Source: an uncultured virus (IMG/VR IMGVR_UViG_3300037067_013258) (lineage: Duplodnaviria > Heunggongvirae > Uroviricota > Caudoviricetes). From it: 64,000 bases of DNA. Numbering within the stretch: the stretch's first letter is position 1; each line of letters begins with the position of its first letter. A model generated the notes under the pieces. The model was not told the origin of the DNA. It ran no database searches and worked only from the letters and a program-made list of their open reading frames with translations. The translations under genes and the position numbers were made by a program. Positions 56,724-64,000 of this stretch are shown one piece after another. The stretch is taken from the IMG/VR virus record IMGVR_UViG_3300037067_013258; one strand, 5' to 3'.

Positions 56724-57139
56724 CAAGTGCTCCCTGTCTCATTTTCAGCAACCATAATGGGTGCCTGGTAACCTATAATTTCACCAAAGGCAAGTAACGG
56801 ATCAAGCAGTCCTATACACCACCTTTTGCCAAGGTAATCGACAATCGAATCCTCTGCATAGATTATTGTTTCCCAATCCACCAAAAGGAACCGTGACATA
56901 TTTGTCCCTAATCCTGCCGGTACAGCATCCGGCTTTAAGGGAATTCTGCTTTCGTGAGAAATTCTGCCTGTAATTGTATGCTGCACAGCTGTACCAAAAG
57001 GGTTTTCTACCATTTGACCATGTCCATTATCAACCAATGGCAGGCGTTCAAGTATCAGAGTTTCCGGGTTTTCCAGAATCACTTCCAACAGCCCCGCACG
57101 CTCCTGCGCAAGCATAAGTTCCCTATCCCCATTGGTCAT
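56723..57139 (-). CDS. Head closure-like protein
   Basis: Synteny and beta-rich composition. Confidence 0.5.
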   Translation of the reverse strand: MTNGDRELMLAQERAGLLEVILENPETLILERLPLVDNGHGQMVENPFGTAVQHTITGRISHESRIPLKPDAVPAGLGTNMSRFLLVDWETIIYAEDSIVDYLGKRWCIGLLDPLLAFGEIIGYQAPIMVAENETGST

Positions 57140-57633
57140 ACTTCACCCCCTGCAATTTCTGGATCATGAGTTGTGTACCACTTCCCAGTTGTATTTAATG
57201 CAGCGGAATTATTGTTTGCTGTCAATTTCTTGTATAAGTCATTATAAAAAGCAAGCAAAGCACTCAGACTTGTATACTCTTTACTTTCAGCACCGGTTCC
57301 TGTTTTCACCAATAATCTTTTTGATGCTATCTGTGCAATAATAAGTTGTATCAACGAAGGCAGGGCAGCAGCAACACTACCTGCACTTGTAATGTAAGCA
57401 CCTATAGTTGCATCGGACAAGTACAATTCCTTTACTTTATAATCACCTGGTACAGCACCAGAGGTCTTGATAGTTGCCATATAATATGTTGTACTCAAAA
57501 CCTTATACACTGTTTGAGGTGTAGGGGTAGTAGGCAGACTCGAAGCGTCGGCAACCTGTGATATGGTAATGTACCCTGCTGGATCTGCAAGAGCTTGTCT
57601 AACCTGTGTTATTTGTGCAAATGTTACTGCCAT
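57136..57633 (-). CDS. Head-tail adaptor-like protein
   Basis: QVRQALAD...YLSDATI pattern; synteny. Confidence 0.55.
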   Translation of the reverse strand: MAVTFAQITQVRQALADPAGYITISQVADASSLPTTPTPQTVYKVLSTTYYMATIKTSGAVPGDYKVKELYLSDATIGAYITSAGSVAAALPSLIQLIIAQIASKRLLVKTGTGAESKEYTSLSALLAFYNDLYKKLTANNNSAALNTTGKWYTTHDPEIAGGEV

Positions 57634-58179
57634 TTACTCCACCCTATAGAACCAGCACCGGTTCTCACCTAATACAATTTTTTTACCAAACATTTCATCA
57701 ACCGCTTTCTTTACTTCACCCTGATCTGGATGTGCATAGTCATGACCACTTATCCAGCCTCCCTTTTTCACTTTTGGCAGCCAGGCAACTATGTCATGCT
57801 TGCATCCTGCATATGAATGATCAGCATCAATGAACACCAGGTCAAGGGAGCCATCCGGGATATTCTTTGCCATTTCAGCACTTTCACCCCGGAGAATCAT
57901 GCACCGCTTTTTATACTGCCCTGCAATTGCTTTACAATTTGCATAAGTGCGGTCAAAGTAATCCTGTGCTTTTACCACAATAGAAGCGTCACTTTTTGCA
58001 TAGCTGCTTTCTACCGGAGGTTTTTGCCACCAATCAACCATATACAATATGAGCCCTGGATGTTTAATCAATAATTGCTTTGACAGTTTTCCATTATCAA
58101 CACCAATTTCAGCAATTACCGGTGCTTTAATGTCCTTTACTCTTTTAAGTATTTCGTCCCACCGTTTTAATCCACTCAT
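57634..58179 (-). CDS. Class I SAM-dependent methyltransferase (Methyltransf_24-like)
   Basis: AEIGVDNG, MVD, DLVFIDADHSY, GGWISGHDY. Confidence 0.88.
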   Translation of the reverse strand: MSGLKRWDEILKRVKDIKAPVIAEIGVDNGKLSKQLLIKHPGLILYMVDWWQKPPVESSYAKSDASIVVKAQDYFDRTYANCKAIAGQYKKRCMILRGESAEMAKNIPDGSLDLVFIDADHSYAGCKHDIVAWLPKVKKGGWISGHDYAHPDQGEVKKAVDEMFGKKIVLGENRCWFYRVE

Positions 58180-59645
58180 TTTCTTAAACCTACCTTTTCA
58201 ATTATCGCATACTCCACTGTCTGTGGTTTTCTTCCGATACTTTTCGGCTTTGTAGCCTGTAAAAATTGATACACCTGATATTTGTTGTCACTCCATTGCA
58301 TAATATAATCCGGTAATACTTTTCTGGTAAAATGAAAGGGGTCTGTGGGTGTTGCCTTTGATACCTCATGCTGTATAGTGTATTCTATAATTAAACGCCC
58401 TTTAGGTGACAATTGCTTAAGCCAGATTGGTATTGTTTCCATTGGATTGTATACATGGTCAAGGCAATTTGTAAAAACCACATCCATCCTGCCTATCCAG
58501 TCAGGATTGACTTTATTAAAGTCCCATATAACTGTATGAGGGATATCCTTTAAATCAGGGCATATTTCAGTACCAAAGGCAGCACAGCCTTTAAGATATT
58601 TTCTAAACCATTTTTGCTCATCACCATTACGGGAGCCATGCACTAAAATAGTTTTTACATCGGGATTCAGACTTTTTATCACTCCACAAAGATATTTAAT
58701 ATTCTCTTCCAGTTCCCATGTGGACTTTAAAGACGCTTTTTGTTTTGTGGCATTAATCTGTGCTTCCAGGTAAGCCCCATAACCGCCTGCATAATGATAA
58801 AGATTTTCGTGCATTTCTCTTTCCTGAAGAGTAGAATTTTTAACTTTTCCAAACTTTTTGGGGTAGTTGATGATTTCTTTTTTAGTTATGCCTGCCAATG
58901 CTTCATACTTTTTCCATAACGCATAACACTTTTCCGTTTCTTTTGAAGTACGATCGTATAAACAAGCTTGTCGTAATTCTGATTTAATGTGAATGATGTA
59001 CGCATCCTCATTAACCATAGGCCAGTATCCCCGGCAAAGATTGTAAATTGAACAGGGGATGTTCAACACGTGTGCTTGTTTATCGTTATGGTTTTCTTTA
59101 TCAAAATAAAACCTGTCTTTAAATTCATTTATTACAGCACCAAAGGCCGCCTGATTCATGCCTGCATATTTCTTTATGTACTTTGCATGGTAGGCATGAT
59201 TTTTAAACATTTTCATATTTACATCTGCCCAAAGTTTCATGAAATCTTTTGCTTTTTGTGTGTTCTTTACAAACACCACACCGCCATTATAAGGCAGACT
59301 GCCAATGCTGTGTTTTGTGACAGCAACATCAAAGCTTTTATTAAATACAGACGACAGGTCTTTTAAAACAAGCATGTCACAATCCATAAATACAATATAA
59401 TCATTTGGGTGCTGCTCCATAACATTTACCCAATCATTTATTTTAACAGTGTTCGATATCATGCATCTTTTTGGGGTGCCGTGTGTATCGGGTGCAGGAC
59501 GTTTATTCAGTATCACCTTTGCATTAGGATTGTTTGCTTTTGCACTACATTCCCATACCTGAGAAAGTACTGCATAAGCATTTGATTCTCTAAAATCAAA
59601 AACATCTGCAAATAAAATAACTTCTGGTTTCTTTTCTTCAGCCAT
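58176..59645 (-). CDS. GT-A glycosyltransferase fused to a methyltransferase-like domain
   Basis: FMDCDML (DxD), YNGGVVF, NQAA, IIHIK; C-terminal LVHGSRNG...DVVFTNCLDH...PKGRLIIE. Confidence 0.8.
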   Translation of the reverse strand: MAEEKKPEVILFADVFDFRESNAYAVLSQVWECSAKANNPNAKVILNKRPAPDTHGTPKRCMISNTVKINDWVNVMEQHPNDYIVFMDCDMLVLKDLSSVFNKSFDVAVTKHSIGSLPYNGGVVFVKNTQKAKDFMKLWADVNMKMFKNHAYHAKYIKKYAGMNQAAFGAVINEFKDRFYFDKENHNDKQAHVLNIPCSIYNLCRGYWPMVNEDAYIIHIKSELRQACLYDRTSKETEKCYALWKKYEALAGITKKEIINYPKKFGKVKNSTLQEREMHENLYHYAGGYGAYLEAQINATKQKASLKSTWELEENIKYLCGVIKSLNPDVKTILVHGSRNGDEQKWFRKYLKGCAAFGTEICPDLKDIPHTVIWDFNKVNPDWIGRMDVVFTNCLDHVYNPMETIPIWLKQLSPKGRLIIEYTIQHEVSKATPTDPFHFTRKVLPDYIMQWSDNKYQVYQFLQATKPKSIGRKPQTVEYAIIEKVGLRK

Positions 59646-60331
59646 TACACACATCCTTTGAAATCATAATAATACTGTTCACCTTCGATAAAATTTATCT
59701 TGCCGCCAAGGTAACGAAAAATAGCGGTGCGTGAATGTTTGGGATGTTCAATAAATTCAAATACCTTTTTATTTGCATTCATCAAATCCCTTTGATACAC
59801 CCTGGATTTATAATCATGAAAATCTTCATAAAAATAAAAATCCATAAAAAAAATTTTAGTCAATCCTGGTATAAAATAGGGTTGAAACATTTTAAGGATA
59901 CAGTCTGTTATGCCTTTATCAATCCCGATATCGTCAATCAATAATTGTACAGGTTCCCAAATATATGCAAAATCCTTTATGTTCTTTTTAAAATAAACAA
60001 TATTTGCACCCGCATCCATAAAAGGCTGTAGGTTTTTTACAAAAGACGCCTGCAAATCTGTTGTTTCAACGTGTCTGCTTTTCAACCAAACCCTGTATTT
60101 TTCTTCGATTTCCCATTTATCAATGGCATATATCCTTGATGCTTTATTTCCAGCATCAATCAAGCCACGTGATAAAAAAGCAGTGGTGGAACCAAGGAAA
60201 GGAGCAATGTCTACTATGGCATTTCCTTGTTTAACTTCTTTAGCAGCGTTAAAAAGAAAACCCTTTATCTTACGCCCACCGTTTCCCATTTCTGGTATTT
60301 TGTTTGCAAGTATTTTTATGTCTTCCATCAT
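59645..60331 (-). CDS. Class I SAM-dependent methyltransferase-like protein
   Basis: IVDIAPFLGSTT, YAID, LLIDD; resembles the neighbouring gene. Confidence 0.7.
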   Translation of the reverse strand: MMEDIKILANKIPEMGNGGRKIKGFLFNAAKEVKQGNAIVDIAPFLGSTTAFLSRGLIDAGNKASRIYAIDKWEIEEKYRVWLKSRHVETTDLQASFVKNLQPFMDAGANIVYFKKNIKDFAYIWEPVQLLIDDIGIDKGITDCILKMFQPYFIPGLTKIFFMDFYFYEDFHDYKSRVYQRDLMNANKKVFEFIEHPKHSRTAIFRYLGGKINFIEGEQYYYDFKGCV

Positions 60332-60976
60332 TTACCCTAAATATAAGAAAAAAGCTTCACTTGATTTGTCACCATTAGGATTAACAATCCTGAATAAGTA
60401 CTTGTAATGCTGCTTGTTTGCTTCCATGAAATCACGTTGGCATTCATACCCTTTACCTGGTTTCTTTTCCCAATAATGAAAATCGAGCAAACCCACAATT
60501 GTTTTTTTTGGAATAAAAAAGGGTGAAAATGTTTTCATGGTGTGCAAAAATGCATCCCTTTTCTTACTTGCATCATCAACAAACAAACCGATTTTGCAAT
60601 TTCCGTCATACTTGGCAGATTTAATGTCACCCCGGTGCATGATGAAAGGAATATCAAAAGGCTTTAAACTTTTCTGCACCATTTCAAAATAAGACTTTTC
60701 ACTCTGTAGTTCCACACCAAACTTAGCAGCTTTTTCAACCTGTGAAGTATATGTGATAAATCGGTCATACATATGCAAGGTGACATTTGTCTTGCCACTT
60801 TCTTTGACTCCCAGCATCATAGCAGCAGTACATGCACCGAGCCATGTCCCCACCTCTACAATCACCTGCCCGTCTTCCACCTGTTGTGCATATTCACGTA
60901 ATTTGTCTTTTACGGTCTGCCAATTCATAGACGGTATTTTCAAAGCTTTTTTTTCTAATGTTGCTATCAGCATCAT
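60332..60976 (-). CDS. Class I SAM-dependent methyltransferase
   Basis: IVEVGTWLGACT, MYD, LFVDD. Confidence 0.78.
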   Translation of the reverse strand: MMLIATLEKKALKIPSMNWQTVKDKLREYAQQVEDGQVIVEVGTWLGACTAAMMLGVKESGKTNVTLHMYDRFITYTSQVEKAAKFGVELQSEKSYFEMVQKSLKPFDIPFIMHRGDIKSAKYDGNCKIGLFVDDASKKRDAFLHTMKTFSPFFIPKKTIVGLLDFHYWEKKPGKGYECQRDFMEANKQHYKYLFRIVNPNGDKSSEAFFLYLG

Positions 60977-60989
60977 ACACTCCTTTTAT

Positions 60990-61018
60990 AAAGGGCAGGG
61001 GTTTGCACCCCCACCCTT
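60990..61018 (-). terminator. Hairpin after the major capsid gene (weak terminator)
   Basis: AAGGGTGGGGG/CCCCTGCCCTT followed by a short U tract. Confidence 0.55.
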
Positions 61019-61029
61019 AAGACCTTACA

Positions 61030-62289
61030 TTAGGTTTCCGATGTTGGTAATTCGATCTTTACTACGTAACCAAAGCCAGACACATACTTTGTGCCAGCCA
61101 GATCACCGGAAGATCCCATCCACTCATCATAGTAACTGCCGTAACAATACCACCAGGCACGCTGTTCCTGTGTGAGAGTGAGCACGCTGCCTCTCCCCAC
61201 TTCCTGTGTCAACGGTGCTTTGTTGATTGTGAAATACGGTGCTCCGGCTGTACCAGGCACTACCAGGTAGGCTGTGTTTGCAGGAACCCCATCAAAGCTG
61301 ACAACCTCTTCACCCCATACCCACGAATCGCCCTTGTACACCAGGATATCATTGATGTCGATTGGTGAGAGGTTGATGACTTTTGAATTTTCACCGCCTC
61401 TCAACTGCCCGTAAATAACCCGGTTGATAGCCCAGCTTGTTACCTCATCACCCATAATAAGCATGAGTCTCGGTGCAGGAATTGCTTTCCCGGTCTGCAT
61501 GTCGAACAGCCCTTTGACACGTTTGTAGGCCTTCAGTATTGTGTTGTACACACGCTCATCATATGTGTCACCTTCAGTGTCAGCCGGTTCTACCTGTGAC
61601 GTGTGCCAGGTTGCATTGATCAAAGGCCCCATTACAGTATCATTTCTTTCACCCCTGTGTGCCTGGGCAACAGCGTCAAACACTTTCTGCATGGAAAATA
61701 TGTCCAGGTCGAAAAGTACAGAATACAAATCCCGGTCAAATCCGATATCCAGAATCTTCAGGTCAATCGAGGATTTTGCACCTGTTTTCTGTTGGATCAA
61801 AGGCACCTGCCCACCTGAAACGTATTTTTTGAACTTACCAGCAAAAGGCAACATTTCCCTGATTGGAAACGGGTTAGCCGCATTTGGCCTGGTCGATTCT
61901 GCCGATATAATACCCGTAATGTCAACCTCATCTGCCGCTCTCCGGGTTATGTCCATCATGATAGCCGGGAACAGCTCATAATAGTCAGGGGGAAAACCCA
62001 TTGTATTGGATTTCAATTCATTCTTTACTTTCTTGCGCAGGTGCTCGATCTTGTCCCATGCTTCCGCTTCAGTTTTTGACCCTTTGTACTTTCCTTCACC
62101 AATGGAAAGTCTCTTAACCATTGGTTTTCCTGTACTGTCCTTCATAACATAATCTTCAGCATTCTGTTTTTCTGCGACCACTTTTCGCGATTCGTCATAA
62201 CCAGCGGAAATAAACACTTTTTGTTTATTCCGTCTTACGATTTCTTCCGGTGTCAGAATAATATTTTTAACTTCGTTAGGTGCTGTCAT
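61030..62289 (-). CDS. Major capsid protein
   Basis: 419 aa, strong RBS, follows scaffold and decoration genes, precedes a hairpin and neck genes. Confidence 0.75.
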   Translation of the reverse strand: MTAPNEVKNIILTPEEIVRRNKQKVFISAGYDESRKVVAEKQNAEDYVMKDSTGKPMVKRLSIGEGKYKGSKTEAEAWDKIEHLRKKVKNELKSNTMGFPPDYYELFPAIMMDITRRAADEVDITGIISAESTRPNAANPFPIREMLPFAGKFKKYVSGGQVPLIQQKTGAKSSIDLKILDIGFDRDLYSVLFDLDIFSMQKVFDAVAQAHRGERNDTVMGPLINATWHTSQVEPADTEGDTYDERVYNTILKAYKRVKGLFDMQTGKAIPAPRLMLIMGDEVTSWAINRVIYGQLRGGENSKVINLSPIDINDILVYKGDSWVWGEEVVSFDGVPANTAYLVVPGTAGAPYFTINKAPLTQEVGRGSVLTLTQEQRAWWYCYGSYYDEWMGSSGDLAGTKYVSGFGYVVKIELPTSET

Positions 62290-62304
62290 CTACTCATCCT
62301 CCTT

Positions 62305-62733
62305 TTAGGTTGTTGGTTCTAATTCCCAAAATCTTTTTTTCAGGAATGCAAAATTGAGTGCTGTTGCTGTCTGTATTTGGCTCACATGCCCTACCATGTA
62401 CCATCCGGCAACGGCCACACTGGAAAACATGCGTGTGGCCGTGTCAAACCACACTTCAGCACGAAGAGTCAAGAATGTGCTTCCGGCAGCGATTCTATCC
62501 GAACCCACTGCATAGTCAATCCCTTCTTCAATCGTACCATGACATTCTGCACCAATAGCAGCATCATCTTCAGCCGCCAACACGTACGGCCCCACTATTT
62601 CCAGATCACCGGGTTCTGTTGCATGTGTTGCTGTAAAGTCAATATGGTTCTCACATCCAGGCCGACCAACTGTCACAAAACCTGTGTAATTTGTTCTCAC
62701 ATCCTGATTTGCAGGCCAATCATTTAACACCAT
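62305..62733 (-). CDS. Capsid decoration/cement protein
   Basis: Small beta-rich protein between scaffold and MCP. Confidence 0.55.
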   Translation of the reverse strand: MVLNDWPANQDVRTNYTGFVTVGRPGCENHIDFTATHATEPGDLEIVGPYVLAAEDDAAIGAECHGTIEEGIDYAVGSDRIAAGSTFLTLRAEVWFDTATRMFSSVAVAGWYMVGHVSQIQTATALNFAFLKKRFWELEPTT

Positions 62734-62744
62734 AGGTTACCTCC

Positions 62745-64000
62745 TTATTCCACTTTTTCAACAGGCACACTGTTGAAGCCTTCATACGGTTTGTCTGCTG
62801 GTTTCTTCTTGTCACCAACCACAACATTGATTTTGCTTTCACCGTCTGCAAACTGCTCTGCAATGGACTTGGCTACAATGTCATTTTCTTTGAAGTTTTT
62901 CAAAGCAGCATCATAATCTTTGTCCAGTACATTACCGAGTTTCTCTCCCGCATACGCACGCAGGGCATTGGCTTTTTTCTCATTACCGATTGTCAGTTCC
63001 AGAAAGCCGAACTCTTTGTCCAGCCTGGCATTCCGCATAATGGAGAAATTCATTTTTACGTTTTCACGTAATTCTGTGATTTCCTTCACCGGATTGTCAC
63101 AACCTAATGCTTTCAAATCATTCACTGTTTTGACTGCATTTTTATGCACATCCGTTACAATTTGATCACTTACTCCAAACACCTGTACTACTTCGGGGAA
63201 TGTCAGGGTATTGGCTTTAAGTGAATCAATAATTTCTTGTTTTGTAGGCATATTATCCCCTTTATTATAAGATATATTATCACCGGGAACCCCGGATTCT
63301 TTCTTGTCAATCAAACCTATCAATTCACTTGCTGTGTTTGATAGTTCATCCCAATCCTGTTGGCCTGCTCTGCTTGCAACTGCACGTAAACCAGACCGGT
63401 ACAACTTTCCATTTTTTCCAAAGACATATTTGTATCTGCCTTTTGTTTCTTCGTTATAAGCAGTGTCTTCCACAAAAAACCATTTCTTGTAATTTGCCCA
63501 GTCATTATCACCGAGTATCTTGTCACTGTCTTCACCTGTGAATGACCAGGAACTGGCAGCATCGTACTTGCCTGAATTGATCAAGCTTTTTGCATGTCTC
63601 ACACTTGCGGTCATGATGCTTTGAGTTTCTGCTTTATTTTTTTTATGGTTTACCTTTTGTTTCATAGCACCTGCACCGTTATCAACTACGTCATTTCTTT
63701 CTGCACCTTCACTTGCAACTACATGCCATTCCCATTCTCTGTCTTCATTCATCCTTAATTCATCCCTGGTCATGCTTACAAGGGAAAAATGGATCATGTT
63801 TGACCGGAATTCTTTTCTTAAGTTCCCATCACCGGGCAGCAAGTAATTTTTGAAATACACCTTTCCAGTTCCATCACCATTTGATTTAACCAAGCCACCC
63901 ACCAACAGCAGGTCAGTCTTGCCCCGTGCACCATATGAATGCCCCAATGCACTGCCTGCAAATGGTCGTTTTGTATTGGATTCCAGAAAAGATTTGAAAA
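62745..64000 (-). CDS. Prohead protease/scaffold-like protein (5' end outside the window)
   Basis: Frame stays open to 64000; GHS...HFSLVS; helical C-terminus; position upstream of MCP. Confidence 0.55.
   Translation of the reverse strand, partial: FKSFLESNTKRPFAGSALGHSYGARGKTDLLLVGGLVKSNGDGTGKVYFKNYLLPGDGNLRKEFRSNMIHFSLVSMTRDELRMNEDREWEWHVVASEGAERNDVVDNGAGAMKQKVNHKKNKAETQSIMTASVRHAKSLINSGKYDAASSWSFTGEDSDKILGDNDWANYKKWFFVEDTAYNEETKGRYKYVFGKNGKLYRSGLRAVASRAGQQDWDELSNTASELIGLIDKKESGVPGDNISYNKGDNMPTKQEIIDSLKANTLTFPEVVQVFGVSDQIVTDVHKNAVKTVNDLKALGCDNPVKEITELRENVKMNFSIMRNARLDKEFGFLELTIGNEKKANALRAYAGEKLGNVLDKDYDAALKNFKENDIVAKSIAEQFADGESKINVVVGDKKKPADKPYEGFNSVPVEKVE

Noticed and set aside
42400..63600. 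Numerous plus-strand ORFs opposite structural genes
   Set aside because: Antisense shadows of long minus-strand genes, without recognisable motifs.
1..64000. Stop-codon reassignment
   Set aside because: Long conserved genes are intact in the standard code, and TAA, TAG and TGA all end genes at tight junctions.
1..64000. tRNA, rRNA, integrase/att site, inteins, introns
   Set aside because: None recognised by eye. tRNAscan-SE and HMM scans would be needed to exclude them fully.

Overview
An AT-rich, 64-kb internal segment of a tailed dsDNA phage (Caudoviricetes, probably siphovirus-like) in the standard genetic code, truncated at both ends. There are three blocks. (1) 1-33.0 kb, minus strand: replication, recombination and nucleotide metabolism. 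It holds a lambda-O-like initiator, an adenine MTase, a Topo VI-A/Spo11-like TOPRIM protein, a split SbcC/Rad50 with SbcD/Mre11, two nucleotidyltransferase-like proteins, primase, SNF2 and DnaB helicases, a clamp, a UDG-fused PolA, a clamp loader, a mini-NrdD, ThyX, UvsY-like, SSB, RecA, a resolvase, an HNH nuclease and a sigma factor. (2) 33.3-42.2 kb, plus strand: small accessory genes. (3) 42.3-64 kb, minus strand: lysis, tail and head genes. Main observations: a glycosyltransferase plus methyltransferase cassette directly after the major capsid gene; two membrane-anchored coiled-coil ORFs encoded almost entirely on top of each other (spanin-like); a control region at 32.9-33.3 kb with a c4-like structured leader and a candidate anti-SD sRNA; a PolA with several non-canonical active-site residues; a perfect 32-bp palindrome inside the SbcCD locus; a second, phage-specific promoter class; and accessory genes bounded by direct repeats of the RBS/start region. 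I saw no tRNA, CRISPR array, integrase or reverse transcriptase. All family calls come from motif recognition by eye, not database searches.
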